This document shows, piece by piece, positions 55,712 to 63,999 of a stretch of 64,000 nt of DNA. Each line of letters opens with the position of its first letter. Position 1 is the stretch's first letter. Below the pieces are notes generated by a model. It was not told where the DNA came from. It worked only from the letters and a program-made list of their open reading frames with translations, and made no database searches. The stretch is taken from contig PLNR01000006.1 in NCBI GenBank assembly GCA_003141835.1, forward strand, positions 142,558-206,557. The letters are read 5' to 3'. This DNA comes from Candidatus Omnitrophota bacterium. Lineage in GTDB: Bacteria; Omnitrophota; Gorgyraeia; Pluralincolimonadales; Pluralincolimonadaceae. The position numbers and the translations under genes were made by a program.

Positions 55712-56584
55712 TTATTTTACGGCGAGCTTGATGCGGACCCGGACGGTTTCCAGGCCCTGGGGCGCTTCTTTCAGGATAGGTTCTTGGAGGACGCCGATGC
55801 CGGCGAGCTTCCCTATAAATGCCGGGTAACCGGCCGCGGGTATCTCGGCATCGATGTATTGCGGCATGCCTGTATCTTTATTCATTTCGACATTCGTGAC
55901 CTTGCCCTGCGCCAGTTCTACCTGGTTCTTAACCTTCGAAAGGGCTTCGGTTAAATAGGGTCTCCTGGCTTGCGCCATTTCCGCTTGAGGAACTGATTTT
56001 CCCTTTTCAAGGGCCCTCTCTTCGTAGACCCTCTCTTCGGAGGCTTTTTCTTCACGCCCTCTCTCCGTAAATACATTCCCTTTTACCGCACCTACCAGGA
56101 GGGCAAGTTCTACGGGTTTGCTTTCCGCGGCCGGCGCCTGGGCAGCGATCTTATCGCTAAACTCAAGACTTGCCGAAATACGTTCTTTATTTGCATAGAC
56201 GTTTTCGGCGTCGCCCCTGCCGCCTTCCGCCTCGGCTAACTTCTTATCGGCAACCGGTTGATTCGCGAATCCGTTAAACGCCATTTCTGATTTAGGCGCA
56301 TGATCAGGTTTAGGCGCATAAGCGAGCTGTTCAGCCGGTTTCTTTATTCCGATAGTAGAGACGATCAGGATGACCGCCGCGGCCATTGCGGCGACTTCCA
56401 GCGGGACCTTGATCTTTACCGGGACGAATAAAGTCCGCATTATCTTTTCAAACGCGGAACGCCTTTCGATGCGCTCGTGCACCTTCTTAAGGAAGTCTTC
56501 GGGCGCTTTTACCTTCGGCAGGGAATTCATCTGCTTCAGGTACTCTTCTTCCGGCATCATGTTTTTCTTGTCTTCGCGTTCCAT
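55712..56584 (-). CDS. putative anti-sigma factor (single TM)
   Basis: Immediately downstream of the ECF sigma gene. Central TM, Ala/Glu-rich periplasmic part. Confidence 0.45.
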   Translation of the reverse strand: MEREDKKNMMPEEEYLKQMNSLPKVKAPEDFLKKVHERIERRSAFEKIMRTLFVPVKIKVPLEVAAMAAAVILIVSTIGIKKPAEQLAYAPKPDHAPKSEMAFNGFANQPVADKKLAEAEGGRGDAENVYANKERISASLEFSDKIAAQAPAAESKPVELALLVGAVKGNVFTERGREEKASEERVYEERALEKGKSVPQAEMAQARRPYLTEALSKVKNQVELAQGKVTNVEMNKDTGMPQYIDAEIPAAGYPAFIGKLAGIGVLQEPILKEAPQGLETVRVRIKLAVK

Positions 56585-57127
56585 CTATACCAGCCCCTTT
56601 AATTTCTCTCTCAATTCCTGCCTCGCCCTCGCGAGTTTCGATTTCACGGTCCCGAGGTTATAACCGGTCACTTCCGATATCTCCTCATACGGCAGCCCTT
56701 CAACGTCGCGCAGCACCACGACCGACTTCTGGTCGGCCGGAAGGGAATTTATCGCGGCCTGTATAAGCTCGCCCTTCTCTTTCCTGTCCAATTCGCCGGA
56801 CGGGGACAATGACCTCCCCGCAACCTCGACCGCCCGCTCGCCGTCTTCCGTCTCTTTGGGCTCATCCAGCCGGACCATATTCCTGCTGCCGCGGTACTGC
56901 GCGGACTTGAGCCTGTTCTTGCATGTGTTCACCGCTATCCTGTATATCCAAGTCGAGACGGACGACTCGGCCCTGAAATCTTTCAAAGACCGGTAGACCT
57001 TTACGAACGTCTCCTGCGCGCAATCGTCGGCTTCACCGTGATCACCCATAAAACGGTAGCACAAATTGAAGACCTTGTCCTTATGCTTAAGGACCAGCTC
57101 GTCGAAATTTACGCTCTCTTCATCCAT
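56585..57127 (-). CDS. ECF-type RNA polymerase sigma-70 factor
   Basis: Region 2 (FVKVYRSL, WIYRIAVN) and region 4 HTH. Confidence 0.8.
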   Translation of the reverse strand: MDEESVNFDELVLKHKDKVFNLCYRFMGDHGEADDCAQETFVKVYRSLKDFRAESSVSTWIYRIAVNTCKNRLKSAQYRGSRNMVRLDEPKETEDGERAVEVAGRSLSPSGELDRKEKGELIQAAINSLPADQKSVVVLRDVEGLPYEEISEVTGYNLGTVKSKLARARQELREKLKGLV

Positions 57128-57523
57128 TTAGACAATCTTCAGTTTGGAAAGTTCCGCAGCCGGAATAGGCTTTGTCTTGAGGTTTGTATCCACGCACGCG
57201 CATACGACCTTCGCTTTCAATAAAAGGGTGCCGCCCTTCCTTATCTCCTGCTCGAAATCAATGGAGGCGTGGCCGACCTTCCCGATCGAGGTAGCCACCT
57301 CGATAGTGTCCCCGTAAACCGCGGGGAACTTGTAGTCCACCTCGATATGGATGACCGGGAATATCGTTCCGCTGCGGGCCAGCTCCCCGACGTCGATACC
57401 CTTCTCGCGGAGGAATTCGGTCCTTCCCTCCTCCAGGTGGTTAAGGTATGCGGCGTGATAGACTACGCCGCCGCAATCGGTATCATGGTAATATATCTTT
57501 TTTTTGAGGATCCCGGCCGCCAT
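57128..57523 (-). CDS. acyl-CoA thioesterase (YbgC/4HBT hotdog fold)
   Basis: YHDTDCGGVVYHAAYL motif. Confidence 0.7.
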   Translation of the reverse strand: MAAGILKKKIYYHDTDCGGVVYHAAYLNHLEEGRTEFLREKGIDVGELARSGTIFPVIHIEVDYKFPAVYGDTIEVATSIGKVGHASIDFEQEIRKGGTLLLKAKVVCACVDTNLKTKPIPAAELSKLKIV

Positions 57524-57535
57524 CCTATCCCCCTG

Positions 57536-58033
57536 TTAAAACTTTTTCATCAGCCACTTTCCCACAAATTCGCTCGCTATGATGACAACGATCGCGATGG
57601 AAAAGTGCTCGAGTATCGACTGGTACGGGTTCAGTCCCCTGCCCCTGGCTATGGAATAGCTTATTGCGGCAAGCAGGCCCATTCCCCAGATCACGGAGCA
57701 CGGTACGGCAAGGTTAAGCGGGAGGAATGCGACCAGAGCGACGAATGATAAGGAGACGAAAAGCCGCGTAAAGAAATTCGTAACGGTCGACAGCCAGACC
57801 TCTTTCTTGTCTACGCATTCCGATTCCTGGAAGATGTGTATCCCCAGGGAATCCGAGATGTTATCGGCCAGCGCTATTACCAATATGCCGCTTATTATCA
57901 CTACTTTGGGATTGGCCGTGCCGTCCAGGCCTATTATAAGCCCCAGGATGGTGATGATAGCCGAGGTCCCGCCGAAACTGAATTTGGTCTGGTTGGGCCG
58001 GCACTTTCCTTTCGTCTCAACGTTTTTTTGCAT
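57536..58033 (-). CDS. VIT1/CCC1-family-like membrane protein (short)
   Basis: GGTSAIITILGLIIGLDG and subsequent TM helices resemble the VIT family membrane domain. Confidence 0.4.
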   Translation of the reverse strand: MQKNVETKGKCRPNQTKFSFGGTSAIITILGLIIGLDGTANPKVVIISGILVIALADNISDSLGIHIFQESECVDKKEVWLSTVTNFFTRLFVSLSFVALVAFLPLNLAVPCSVIWGMGLLAAISYSIARGRGLNPYQSILEHFSIAIVVIIASEFVGKWLMKKF

Positions 58034-58124
58034 GGCTACATTTTACCTTAAAGACGAAACCTCTGCAAGACTATTGAAATCTTCGGCTGTTTATGTAAAA
58101 ATGGCCTTAACAAAGGAGGGTGCC

Positions 58125-58763
58125 ATGTCCAAGACAAGTGTTGTTTTAATGGCGGTTTGCATCTCTGTCTTTTCTTTGTTTTCCGGCAAAACATACGCCG
58201 CCGTAAAAGCTGCCGCCGCGCCGTCAGCCACGCTCAGCAATCTTTTAGCCGCTTATAACGGCGAAAAGAACGCCCAGATGCGTTATATGCTATTCGCCCA
58301 ACAGGCTGACAAGGAAGGCTATAACGGCGTAGCCAGCCTTTTCAGGGCAGCAGCGCGCTCCGAGCAGGTCCATTACGAAGGACACGCCAAGGCAATAAAT
58401 GAACTGGGCGGCGCTCCTCCGGCGATAAAGATGGCGACACCGGTAGTAAAGAGCACTAAAGAGAACCTTGAGGCGGCCATAAACGGCGAAAATTACGAAT
58501 TCGGGAAGATGTACCCGGAATTCCTGAAGCAGGCGGAGAAAGATAAGGTCAAATCCGCGATCGTTTCGTTCAAAGGCGCCTTGAAGATCGAGGGGATCCA
58601 CGCCCAATTATTCAAGAAGGCCCTAAAGGACATGGAAACGTGGAAGGGACAGAAGAAAGATTTCTTCGTCTGCCTGGTATGCGGCAACGTAGTGGAGAAT
58701 AAGCCGCCGATGGTCTGCCCTATTTGCGCAGCTCCCAGGGAAAAATTCACGGCCGTTAACTAA
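58125..58763 (+). CDS. rubrerythrin-like protein with N-terminal signal peptide (ferritin-like plus C-terminal rubredoxin-like CxxC x2)
   Basis: RBS AAGGAGGG. Signal-like N-terminus MSKTSVVLMAVCISVFSLFSG. CLVCGN...CPICAAP. Confidence 0.6.
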   Translation: MSKTSVVLMAVCISVFSLFSGKTYAAVKAAAAPSATLSNLLAAYNGEKNAQMRYMLFAQQADKEGYNGVASLFRAAARSEQVHYEGHAKAINELGGAPPAIKMATPVVKSTKENLEAAINGENYEFGKMYPEFLKQAEKDKVKSAIVSFKGALKIEGIHAQLFKKALKDMETWKGQKKDFFVCLVCGNVVENKPPMVCPICAAPREKFTAVN

Positions 58764-58767
58764 ACTT

Positions 58768-59337
58768 TTATTTTGCGGCCTTTAGGTACGCCTTGATGAT
58801 CTTTTGTTCGGCCTTAGGTTTGTCGTTCCTGCCGACGGCCGAGTTCTCTATCTTCTCGACCGCGTCGTAGCCCGATACCACCTTGCCGAATATGGTATGC
58901 TTCCCGTTCAACCAAGGGGTCTTGGCGGTCGTAATGAAGAACTGGCTCCCGTTGGTGCTGGGCCCGGAATTCGCCATGGCCAGCAGGCCCGGTGCGTCAA
59001 ATTGGACTTTCGGATCGATCTCGTCCCCGAACGATTTTCCCCAGCATGATTGCCCTCCCATCCCGGTCCCGGTCGGGTCGCCGCCCTGTATCATGAAACC
59101 TTTTATGACCCTGTGGAATATCAGGCCGTTATAATACCCTTTCCCTACCAGCGTGGTGAAATTTTCGCAAGCCTTCGGCGCTACTTCAGGCATAAGTTTT
59201 ATCTCGATGATCCCCTGGTTAGTCTCTAAGACAACGACCTGGTCATCCATGGCAAAAAGGCCTCCGTTGGTGTTAATACAGGTTATACAGAAAAACAGGA
59301 CGGTAATAAAGACAAATATCCTCTCCATTGTCCGCAT
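58768..59337 (-). CDS. secreted cyclophilin-type peptidyl-prolyl cis-trans isomerase
   Basis: FHRVIKGFMIQGGDP and WLNGKHTIFG motifs. Confidence 0.85.
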   Translation of the reverse strand: MRTMERIFVFITVLFFCITCINTNGGLFAMDDQVVVLETNQGIIEIKLMPEVAPKACENFTTLVGKGYYNGLIFHRVIKGFMIQGGDPTGTGMGGQSCWGKSFGDEIDPKVQFDAPGLLAMANSGPSTNGSQFFITTAKTPWLNGKHTIFGKVVSGYDAVEKIENSAVGRNDKPKAEQKIIKAYLKAAK

Positions 59338-59406
59338 CTCCTTTTTTCTTATTTTACCATATCTTGCGGAAAATTATCTTACTCTTTCTTTTTGCCCATG
59401 GCGTTC

Positions 59407-59934
59407 TTACCTGCCATACAAGGCCCTCAATTGGTCCACGGTCGGATTGCCCGGGTAAAATTCACCCTGCGGCCCTTTGTATCCGTTCCCGTGCTTAAAC
59501 AGCGTTATCTTGGTAAAAGTTCCGTCTGAATTCGGGACATTTACTTCCACCGGTTGCCCCTCTGCGGCAGGAGCCTGCACGACGACAGGAGCCGCCGGCG
59601 CAACGTAATAATTTGTCGCAGGCGCGGCTACCACGACAGGCTGCTGGACGATCATATAGCCCTGGGGCACTTGCTGGTAGTAGCTGCCGTCGCAATAGTA
59701 GTAAGTCTGCCCGTTCATCACCATATATCGCCCGTTATCCGGCCTGGACGCCAATATTGCGCCTATGGCAAGCGTGGTAACACCGAAATCAAGCCAGGCG
59801 CCTTCACGGTAATAACGATGGTTGCGGTAAGTATACCTGCCGCCGCCACGCCCGCCGCGGCCCCAATCCGCGAACGCGGGAGCGCACGACAAAGTCAGAA
59901 AAACAACTGCCATTAACATACACAGCTTCTTCAT
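59407..59934 (-). CDS. secreted hypothetical protein (Tyr/Gln-rich)
   Basis: Signal peptide. YYYCDGSYYQQVPQGY. Confidence 0.4.
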   Translation of the reverse strand: MKKLCMLMAVVFLTLSCAPAFADWGRGGRGGGRYTYRNHRYYREGAWLDFGVTTLAIGAILASRPDNGRYMVMNGQTYYYCDGSYYQQVPQGYMIVQQPVVVAAPATNYYVAPAAPVVVQAPAAEGQPVEVNVPNSDGTFTKITLFKHGNGYKGPQGEFYPGNPTVDQLRALYGR

Positions 59935-60002
59935 CTCTCTACCTCCTCTTTTAACATATTAGACGCGATATGTCCTGAGAAGGTTTACTCGATAATTATT
60001 CC

Positions 60003-60581
60003 TTATAGGGACGCTATTTTCTTGCCGAATGCGAACGCTTTACCGCGGATACCCTTAAGCTTTACGATATCCCCGGATTCGCGGGCGTTGGGAACGAGCA
60101 GGGAGAAGAATTTCATTTCACTGTAATCGGCTATGATCTTGAAAGATCTTTTAACGTTATCCAGCCCTATATCCTCATAAGCGCTCAGGAGCAGGGCCAT
60201 AGCCTTACCCTTCAACGGGGATTCGAAGGTGTCGGTCGTATTGTCCCATTTGTACAGGGAGAACATCCGGTCGATGATCACCTTCAGCTGCGCGCTGGGG
60301 CCGTAGAAATAGAGCGGCGTAGCGAAAACAATGACGTCCGCTTTGGCCATTTTCTTGAGGACGGCCTTCGCGCCGTCATTTATCACGCACTCGTATTCCT
60401 TGATCTTCTGGCACGTCCTGCAGGATGTGCAGCCGCTGGACTTGTACTTAAGGAAAGCGGCATTTATGACCTCGACACCGGCGCCTTTAGAGCGCGCGCC
60501 GGCCGCGAACCAGCAGGAAAGCTTTGCGGTGTTCCCGTTCTTTTTAGGGCTTCCGTTGAGGACCAGGATCTTCTTGGGCAT
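60003..60581 (-). CDS. iron-sulfur flavoprotein (NADPH-dependent FMN reductase fold with compact Cys motif)
   Basis: KILVLNGSPKKNGNT flavodoxin-like start. CTSCRTCQKIKEYEC. Confidence 0.6.
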   Translation of the reverse strand: MPKKILVLNGSPKKNGNTAKLSCWFAAGARSKGAGVEVINAAFLKYKSSGCTSCRTCQKIKEYECVINDGAKAVLKKMAKADVIVFATPLYFYGPSAQLKVIIDRMFSLYKWDNTTDTFESPLKGKAMALLLSAYEDIGLDNVKRSFKIIADYSEMKFFSLLVPNARESGDIVKLKGIRGKAFAFGKKIASL

Positions 60582-60659
60582 GGCGTTATTTTACGGCAAA
60601 CAAAAATCCCCTGCAAGTTAAATTGCAGGGGATCTCTGGTGTACCTATCGAATCTCTAA

Positions 60660-60833
60660 TTAACGTCCTTCGTTCTTGCGCTTCGAAAAACAATCCTTGC
60701 AATATACGGGACGGTCATCTCTCGGTTTGAAAGGGACTTCGCATTCCTTCTTGCAATCCGCGCAAGTCGCTTTGTGCATTTCCCTAGGCCCGCCGAACCC
60801 GCCACCACCACCGCCACCACCTTGGTACCCCAT
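60660..60833 (-). CDS. unannotated 57-aa CxxC-x17-CxxC zinc-ribbon mini-protein with N-terminal Gly8 run
   Basis: Hand translation gives MGYQGGGGGGGGFGGPREMHKATCADCKKECEVPFKPRDDRPVYCKDCFSKRKNEGR. Too short for the 60-aa ORF track. Confidence 0.5.
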   Translation of the reverse strand: MGYQGGGGGGGGFGGPREMHKATCADCKKECEVPFKPRDDRPVYCKDCFSKRKNEGR

Positions 60834-60908
60834 GTTACCTCCTTTTTATTGAACTACACTCTAGGTGTGATTCTACCCTAAATCAGGGCCCAGCGCAACA
60901 TATTTTTA

Positions 60909-61271
60909 TCAGTACCCCGGTGAAGGTTGTACGGGCTTTGAGGACGTAATGCTTTCGGCGACGCTTGAGTCGCTCTTATATTTGACCTCGACAGTATCTC
61001 CGAGCCTGAGCGAATTGATCTCTTCGGGCTTTACCGTAAATTGTCTCTCGGTGAGCTTATTCGGGTCCTTGACCGTGATCTGGTTGAACGACCTCTTGAT
61101 CGAGACTACTTCGCCGGACAATGTCATGAGGGGCGCTCCTTCCCCGGAGATCCCTGCCGACTGGTCATCTCCCACCAAAGCTTCACGTGCCGCTTTTTGC
61201 TGGGAAGGGCTCACTGCGAAACAACTCGCCGCAAGGCATAATATCGCGGCCGCGGCCATTATCCGTTTCAT
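60909..61271 (-). CDS. secreted hypothetical protein
   Basis: Signal peptide. 120 aa. Confidence 0.35.
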   Translation of the reverse strand: MKRIMAAAAILCLAASCFAVSPSQQKAAREALVGDDQSAGISGEGAPLMTLSGEVVSIKRSFNQITVKDPNKLTERQFTVKPEEINSLRLGDTVEVKYKSDSSVAESITSSKPVQPSPGY

Positions 61272-61522
61272 CTTTTTCCCCTTTCGCTTTTTACCAATGC
61301 CAGTTTTTTCTCGCGGGGCCAGGTCTTGATCCGGGATTCGCGCTTCTGGGCTATCGACCTGTTAGGATGGACTTCTTTGTATAACAATTCGACAGGCCTG
61401 TGCATCCTGGTATACTTTCCGCCTTTACCGGAATTATGCTCTTTCAGGCGGCGGCCTACGTCGGAACTGGCGCCGGTATAAAAACTTCCGTCAAGGCAGC
61501 GTAATATATATACGTACCACAT
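61268..61522 (-). CDS. GIY-YIG nuclease-domain protein (UPF0213-like)
   Basis: YVYILRC...GSFYTGAS...RLKEHNSGKG GIY-YIG motif. Confidence 0.7.
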   Translation of the reverse strand: MWYVYILRCLDGSFYTGASSDVGRRLKEHNSGKGGKYTRMHRPVELLYKEVHPNRSIAQKRESRIKTWPREKKLALVKSERGKR

Positions 61523-61525
61523 AAA

Positions 61526-62098
61526 TTAGAACGACCAGTTTACCAGGACCATGAACTCAAACGGTTTCTTGTTGCCGTTATAGTTTCCGAGGCCTATCTG
61601 CAGGCCGTCGAGGGATTTCGTATAGTTGACGAACCCGAACTGGAGCCCGTGCATCTCTTTGGCATAATTAACGCCGCCGAACTGGAGGCCCTTGAACGAT
61701 CCTTCGCTATAATTCACCATGCCAAGTTCCATTCCCGCAGATTGCCCTTTCGAAACGTTCAGGAACCCGTACTGGAGGCCATGCATAAATCCTTCATCCC
61801 AGTTCACGAAACCCAGCTGCACGCCGCTGAAATCGCCTTCCGTAATATTTGCGGCGCCCCATTGCAGGCCTACGCCGCGCCCCTTGGTGCGGTTGATGAG
61901 GCCGAGGCTTATGCCGCCAACATCCTGGTTGGCGCCGTAGATAAGGCTCAGGCTCAGGCCATTTATCGACTCATTCTCCGGGACGAGCTGGATGGGATCG
62001 AAAATAGCCAACTGGATAGGCTTTGCTTCTGCGGCTTGCGCTAACTGCGGCATTAACACCATTACCGATAATACAAAAAACAGTACCTTTTTTGTCAT
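61526..62098 (-). CDS. secreted repeat protein with about 19-aa periodic GLQ(F/Y)G-x-(V/L)N motifs
   Basis: Signal peptide. At least 7 repeats (GVGLQWGAANI, GVQLGFVNW, GLQYGFLNV, GMELGMVNY, GLQFGGVNY, GLQFGFVNY, GLQIGLGNY). Confidence 0.5.
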   Translation of the reverse strand: MTKKVLFFVLSVMVLMPQLAQAAEAKPIQLAIFDPIQLVPENESINGLSLSLIYGANQDVGGISLGLINRTKGRGVGLQWGAANITEGDFSGVQLGFVNWDEGFMHGLQYGFLNVSKGQSAGMELGMVNYSEGSFKGLQFGGVNYAKEMHGLQFGFVNYTKSLDGLQIGLGNYNGNKKPFEFMVLVNWSF

Positions 62099-62137
62099 GG
62101 CTGGTCCTTTCTGTTTGGGAAACCGGCTTGCGATTAA

Positions 62138-62731
62138 CTATGCGGCTCCCCGCTTCTCCCGTTTCTTGTGTTTATAGAGAGTGGTGTAAGATACGCCGAT
62201 AATGATGCAGAGCGGGCTGAGGTAAGAATAGAAAGAACCCGGTAAGGCAGCGGGATAGAATAACCGGAAAGCGCTGAAAGCTGTCGGGATTAAAAGCAGC
62301 GCTCCCCAGAAAATGGCGATGAACCGGCAACCGCTGATCATATCTTCATTATTCCATTGATCTTTCGGCAGTTCTTCCCGCGCATATTGCAATGTGAACG
62401 GTTTGCCTGTCAGCACCGTGAACCAAATAACACCGGTCAGGAAGCCGTTTGAAATGATCGCCATATGTTGTGCCAGCCACATCCACTTGAATCCGTAGAA
62501 TGATATTGTGCAAACAAGAAAAAACATTATGGTAGCCCACTGCAAAATGAAGCCCCTGCGCAGCTCTTTCCAGCCGAAAATAACGGACATGACCAGGCAT
62601 ATCGCTACTGCTCTCTCTAAATGGCCCCAGCTATCTGTCGGCAGGATCAAAAACAGGATCCAGGGCAAGAACCCCAGGAGGAATTTCGCGATGTCCAATA
62701 ATTCATTAACCATTCGGATCTCCTTTTTCAA
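62138..62731 (-). CDS. hypothetical membrane protein (5-6 TM)
   Basis: Hydrophobic 197-aa ORF. Preceded by a terminator hairpin plus RBS. Confidence 0.4.
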   Translation of the reverse strand: MKKEIRMVNELLDIAKFLLGFLPWILFLILPTDSWGHLERAVAICLVMSVIFGWKELRRGFILQWATIMFFLVCTISFYGFKWMWLAQHMAIISNGFLTGVIWFTVLTGKPFTLQYAREELPKDQWNNEDMISGCRFIAIFWGALLLIPTAFSAFRLFYPAALPGSFYSYLSPLCIIIGVSYTTLYKHKKREKRGAA

Positions 62732-62813
62732 TCATTTTACTCCAAACAAAAACCCTCCGCAATGTTTAATTGCAGAGGGTAACTATAACGGCAATGCCGC
62801 TAGCTGTCATAGG

Positions 62814-63203
62814 TCAATCGAGCGCTTTAATCGATTCGGCCCCGTTCTTACCATTAGTTATGCTCGAGCCGTCCGTTATGGTAGAGTATTTAACTTCAAC
62901 GCGTTCGCCCATCTTGAGAAGCATGGCTCCGTGCGTTTTTCCGCCATCGTTCAGGTCTTTGCCGGAAGCGTCGGTCACGGACGTGGTCCCCATCACAAAA
63001 AATTCGACTTTCTCGCCGCTGTCGGGAGCTACCGTCATTTTGCAATACGGTCCGCTCGGTGACCTGCTCATAGTCATCTTCTTAGATTCTATTTTGCCTG
63101 CAAGGGTCTTGGCCTCATCGGCAGCCTTTAGGGACGGCTGGCTGATGAAACACAAGGACCCGGAAAATGCGACAGCGATTAATGCAAAAACTATTTTTTT
63201 CAT
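62814..63203 (-). CDS. secreted hypothetical protein
   Basis: Signal peptide MKKIVFALIAVAFSGS. 129 aa. Confidence 0.4.
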   Translation of the reverse strand: MKKIVFALIAVAFSGSLCFISQPSLKAADEAKTLAGKIESKKMTMSRSPSGPYCKMTVAPDSGEKVEFFVMGTTSVTDASGKDLNDGGKTHGAMLLKMGERVEVKYSTITDGSSITNGKNGAESIKALD

Positions 63204-63435
63204 TCCTCCCTCCTTTTCCTAATTTTACTCCAAACAATACCCCGCTCGGGTCGCTTCGCTCCCTGAGAGAAAACCCTGATGGTTTTCTCTCAGCGCCGCA
63301 CAACCTTTAGCGGGACTGCTCTCTTTCCTTCCGCCGGGATGCTTACGGGACAGAGGGAAAACGGTCTTTTCCCTCTGTAACTCCCTATTTCTCGGCGGTG
63401 TCGCCAAATTTTATTACTCTTGGCGCGAGAAAATT

Positions 63436-63475
63436 TGGCTCCCCCGCCTGGGCTCGAACCAGGGACACGTGGATT
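63436..63475 (-). other. tRNA-like 3' fragment (T-arm GGTTCGAGCC plus 7-nt acceptor strand plus discriminator plus encoded CCA) with no recognisable 5' half
   Basis: Minus-strand read ...GTGTCCCTGGTTCGAGCCCAGGCGGGGGAGCCA. I could not find a matching 5' acceptor strand (TCCCCCG), D-arm or paired anticodon stem within 170 nt upstream. Confidence 0.35.
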
Positions 63476-63648
63476 ACAAGTACCCCGGTATTGCTACCGG
63501 ACTTGGACTATATCATCTCCTACGGCTTTACGTTTAGGAGGCAGGTGCATAGTCTCTGAACCTTCCCTTTATTTCTAAAGGGCTCGGCTGCTGATTACCC
63601 CAGAGGGGCTTCCAGGATGCCACAATGTGGCATCTCCGTCAGCTAATA

Positions 63649-63999
63649 CTACGCTGCGGACAATTCTCCTGCTTTTTCAATCCCGATTTCTCGGGAAAGC
63701 TGCGCTTGGACATGAGTCTCTCGGTGACAATTGGCGCACAGCAATACACATTTGTCCAATTCTTCTTTTACTTTCGTCCAACTTCTCGTATATCCTTTTG
63801 AGGATATGCTGAAGTCTTTCTTGGAAGAATCGACGTGATGGAACTCCAAAGCATCGCTGCAACGGTCGTAACCGCATACTTCACAGCGACCGCCTTTATA
63901 CTCAATAGCCATTTGCCTTATCTTTCTCCGTCTTTTATGGACGGCGGCTATTATGTATTGCCGGCGATCTTTGTAAGTCCGCGTATCGCGTTTTGCCAT
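63649..63999 (-). CDS. HNH endonuclease
   Basis: CEVCGY...HHVD...CANCH HNH/zinc-finger motif. 116 aa. Confidence 0.7.
   Translation of the reverse strand: MAKRDTRTYKDRRQYIIAAVHKRRRKIRQMAIEYKGGRCEVCGYDRCSDALEFHHVDSSKKDFSISSKGYTRSWTKVKEELDKCVLLCANCHRETHVQAQLSREIGIEKAGELSAA

Noticed and set aside
63436-63540. Complete tRNA or tmRNA gene at the right edge
   Set aside because: Only the T-arm and 3' acceptor strand fold. No complementary 5' acceptor strand, no D-arm and no paired anticodon stem within 170 nt. A tmRNA would have to overlap the HNH ORF, and the 5' end does not match the expected GGGG start. Reported as a tRNA-like fragment instead.
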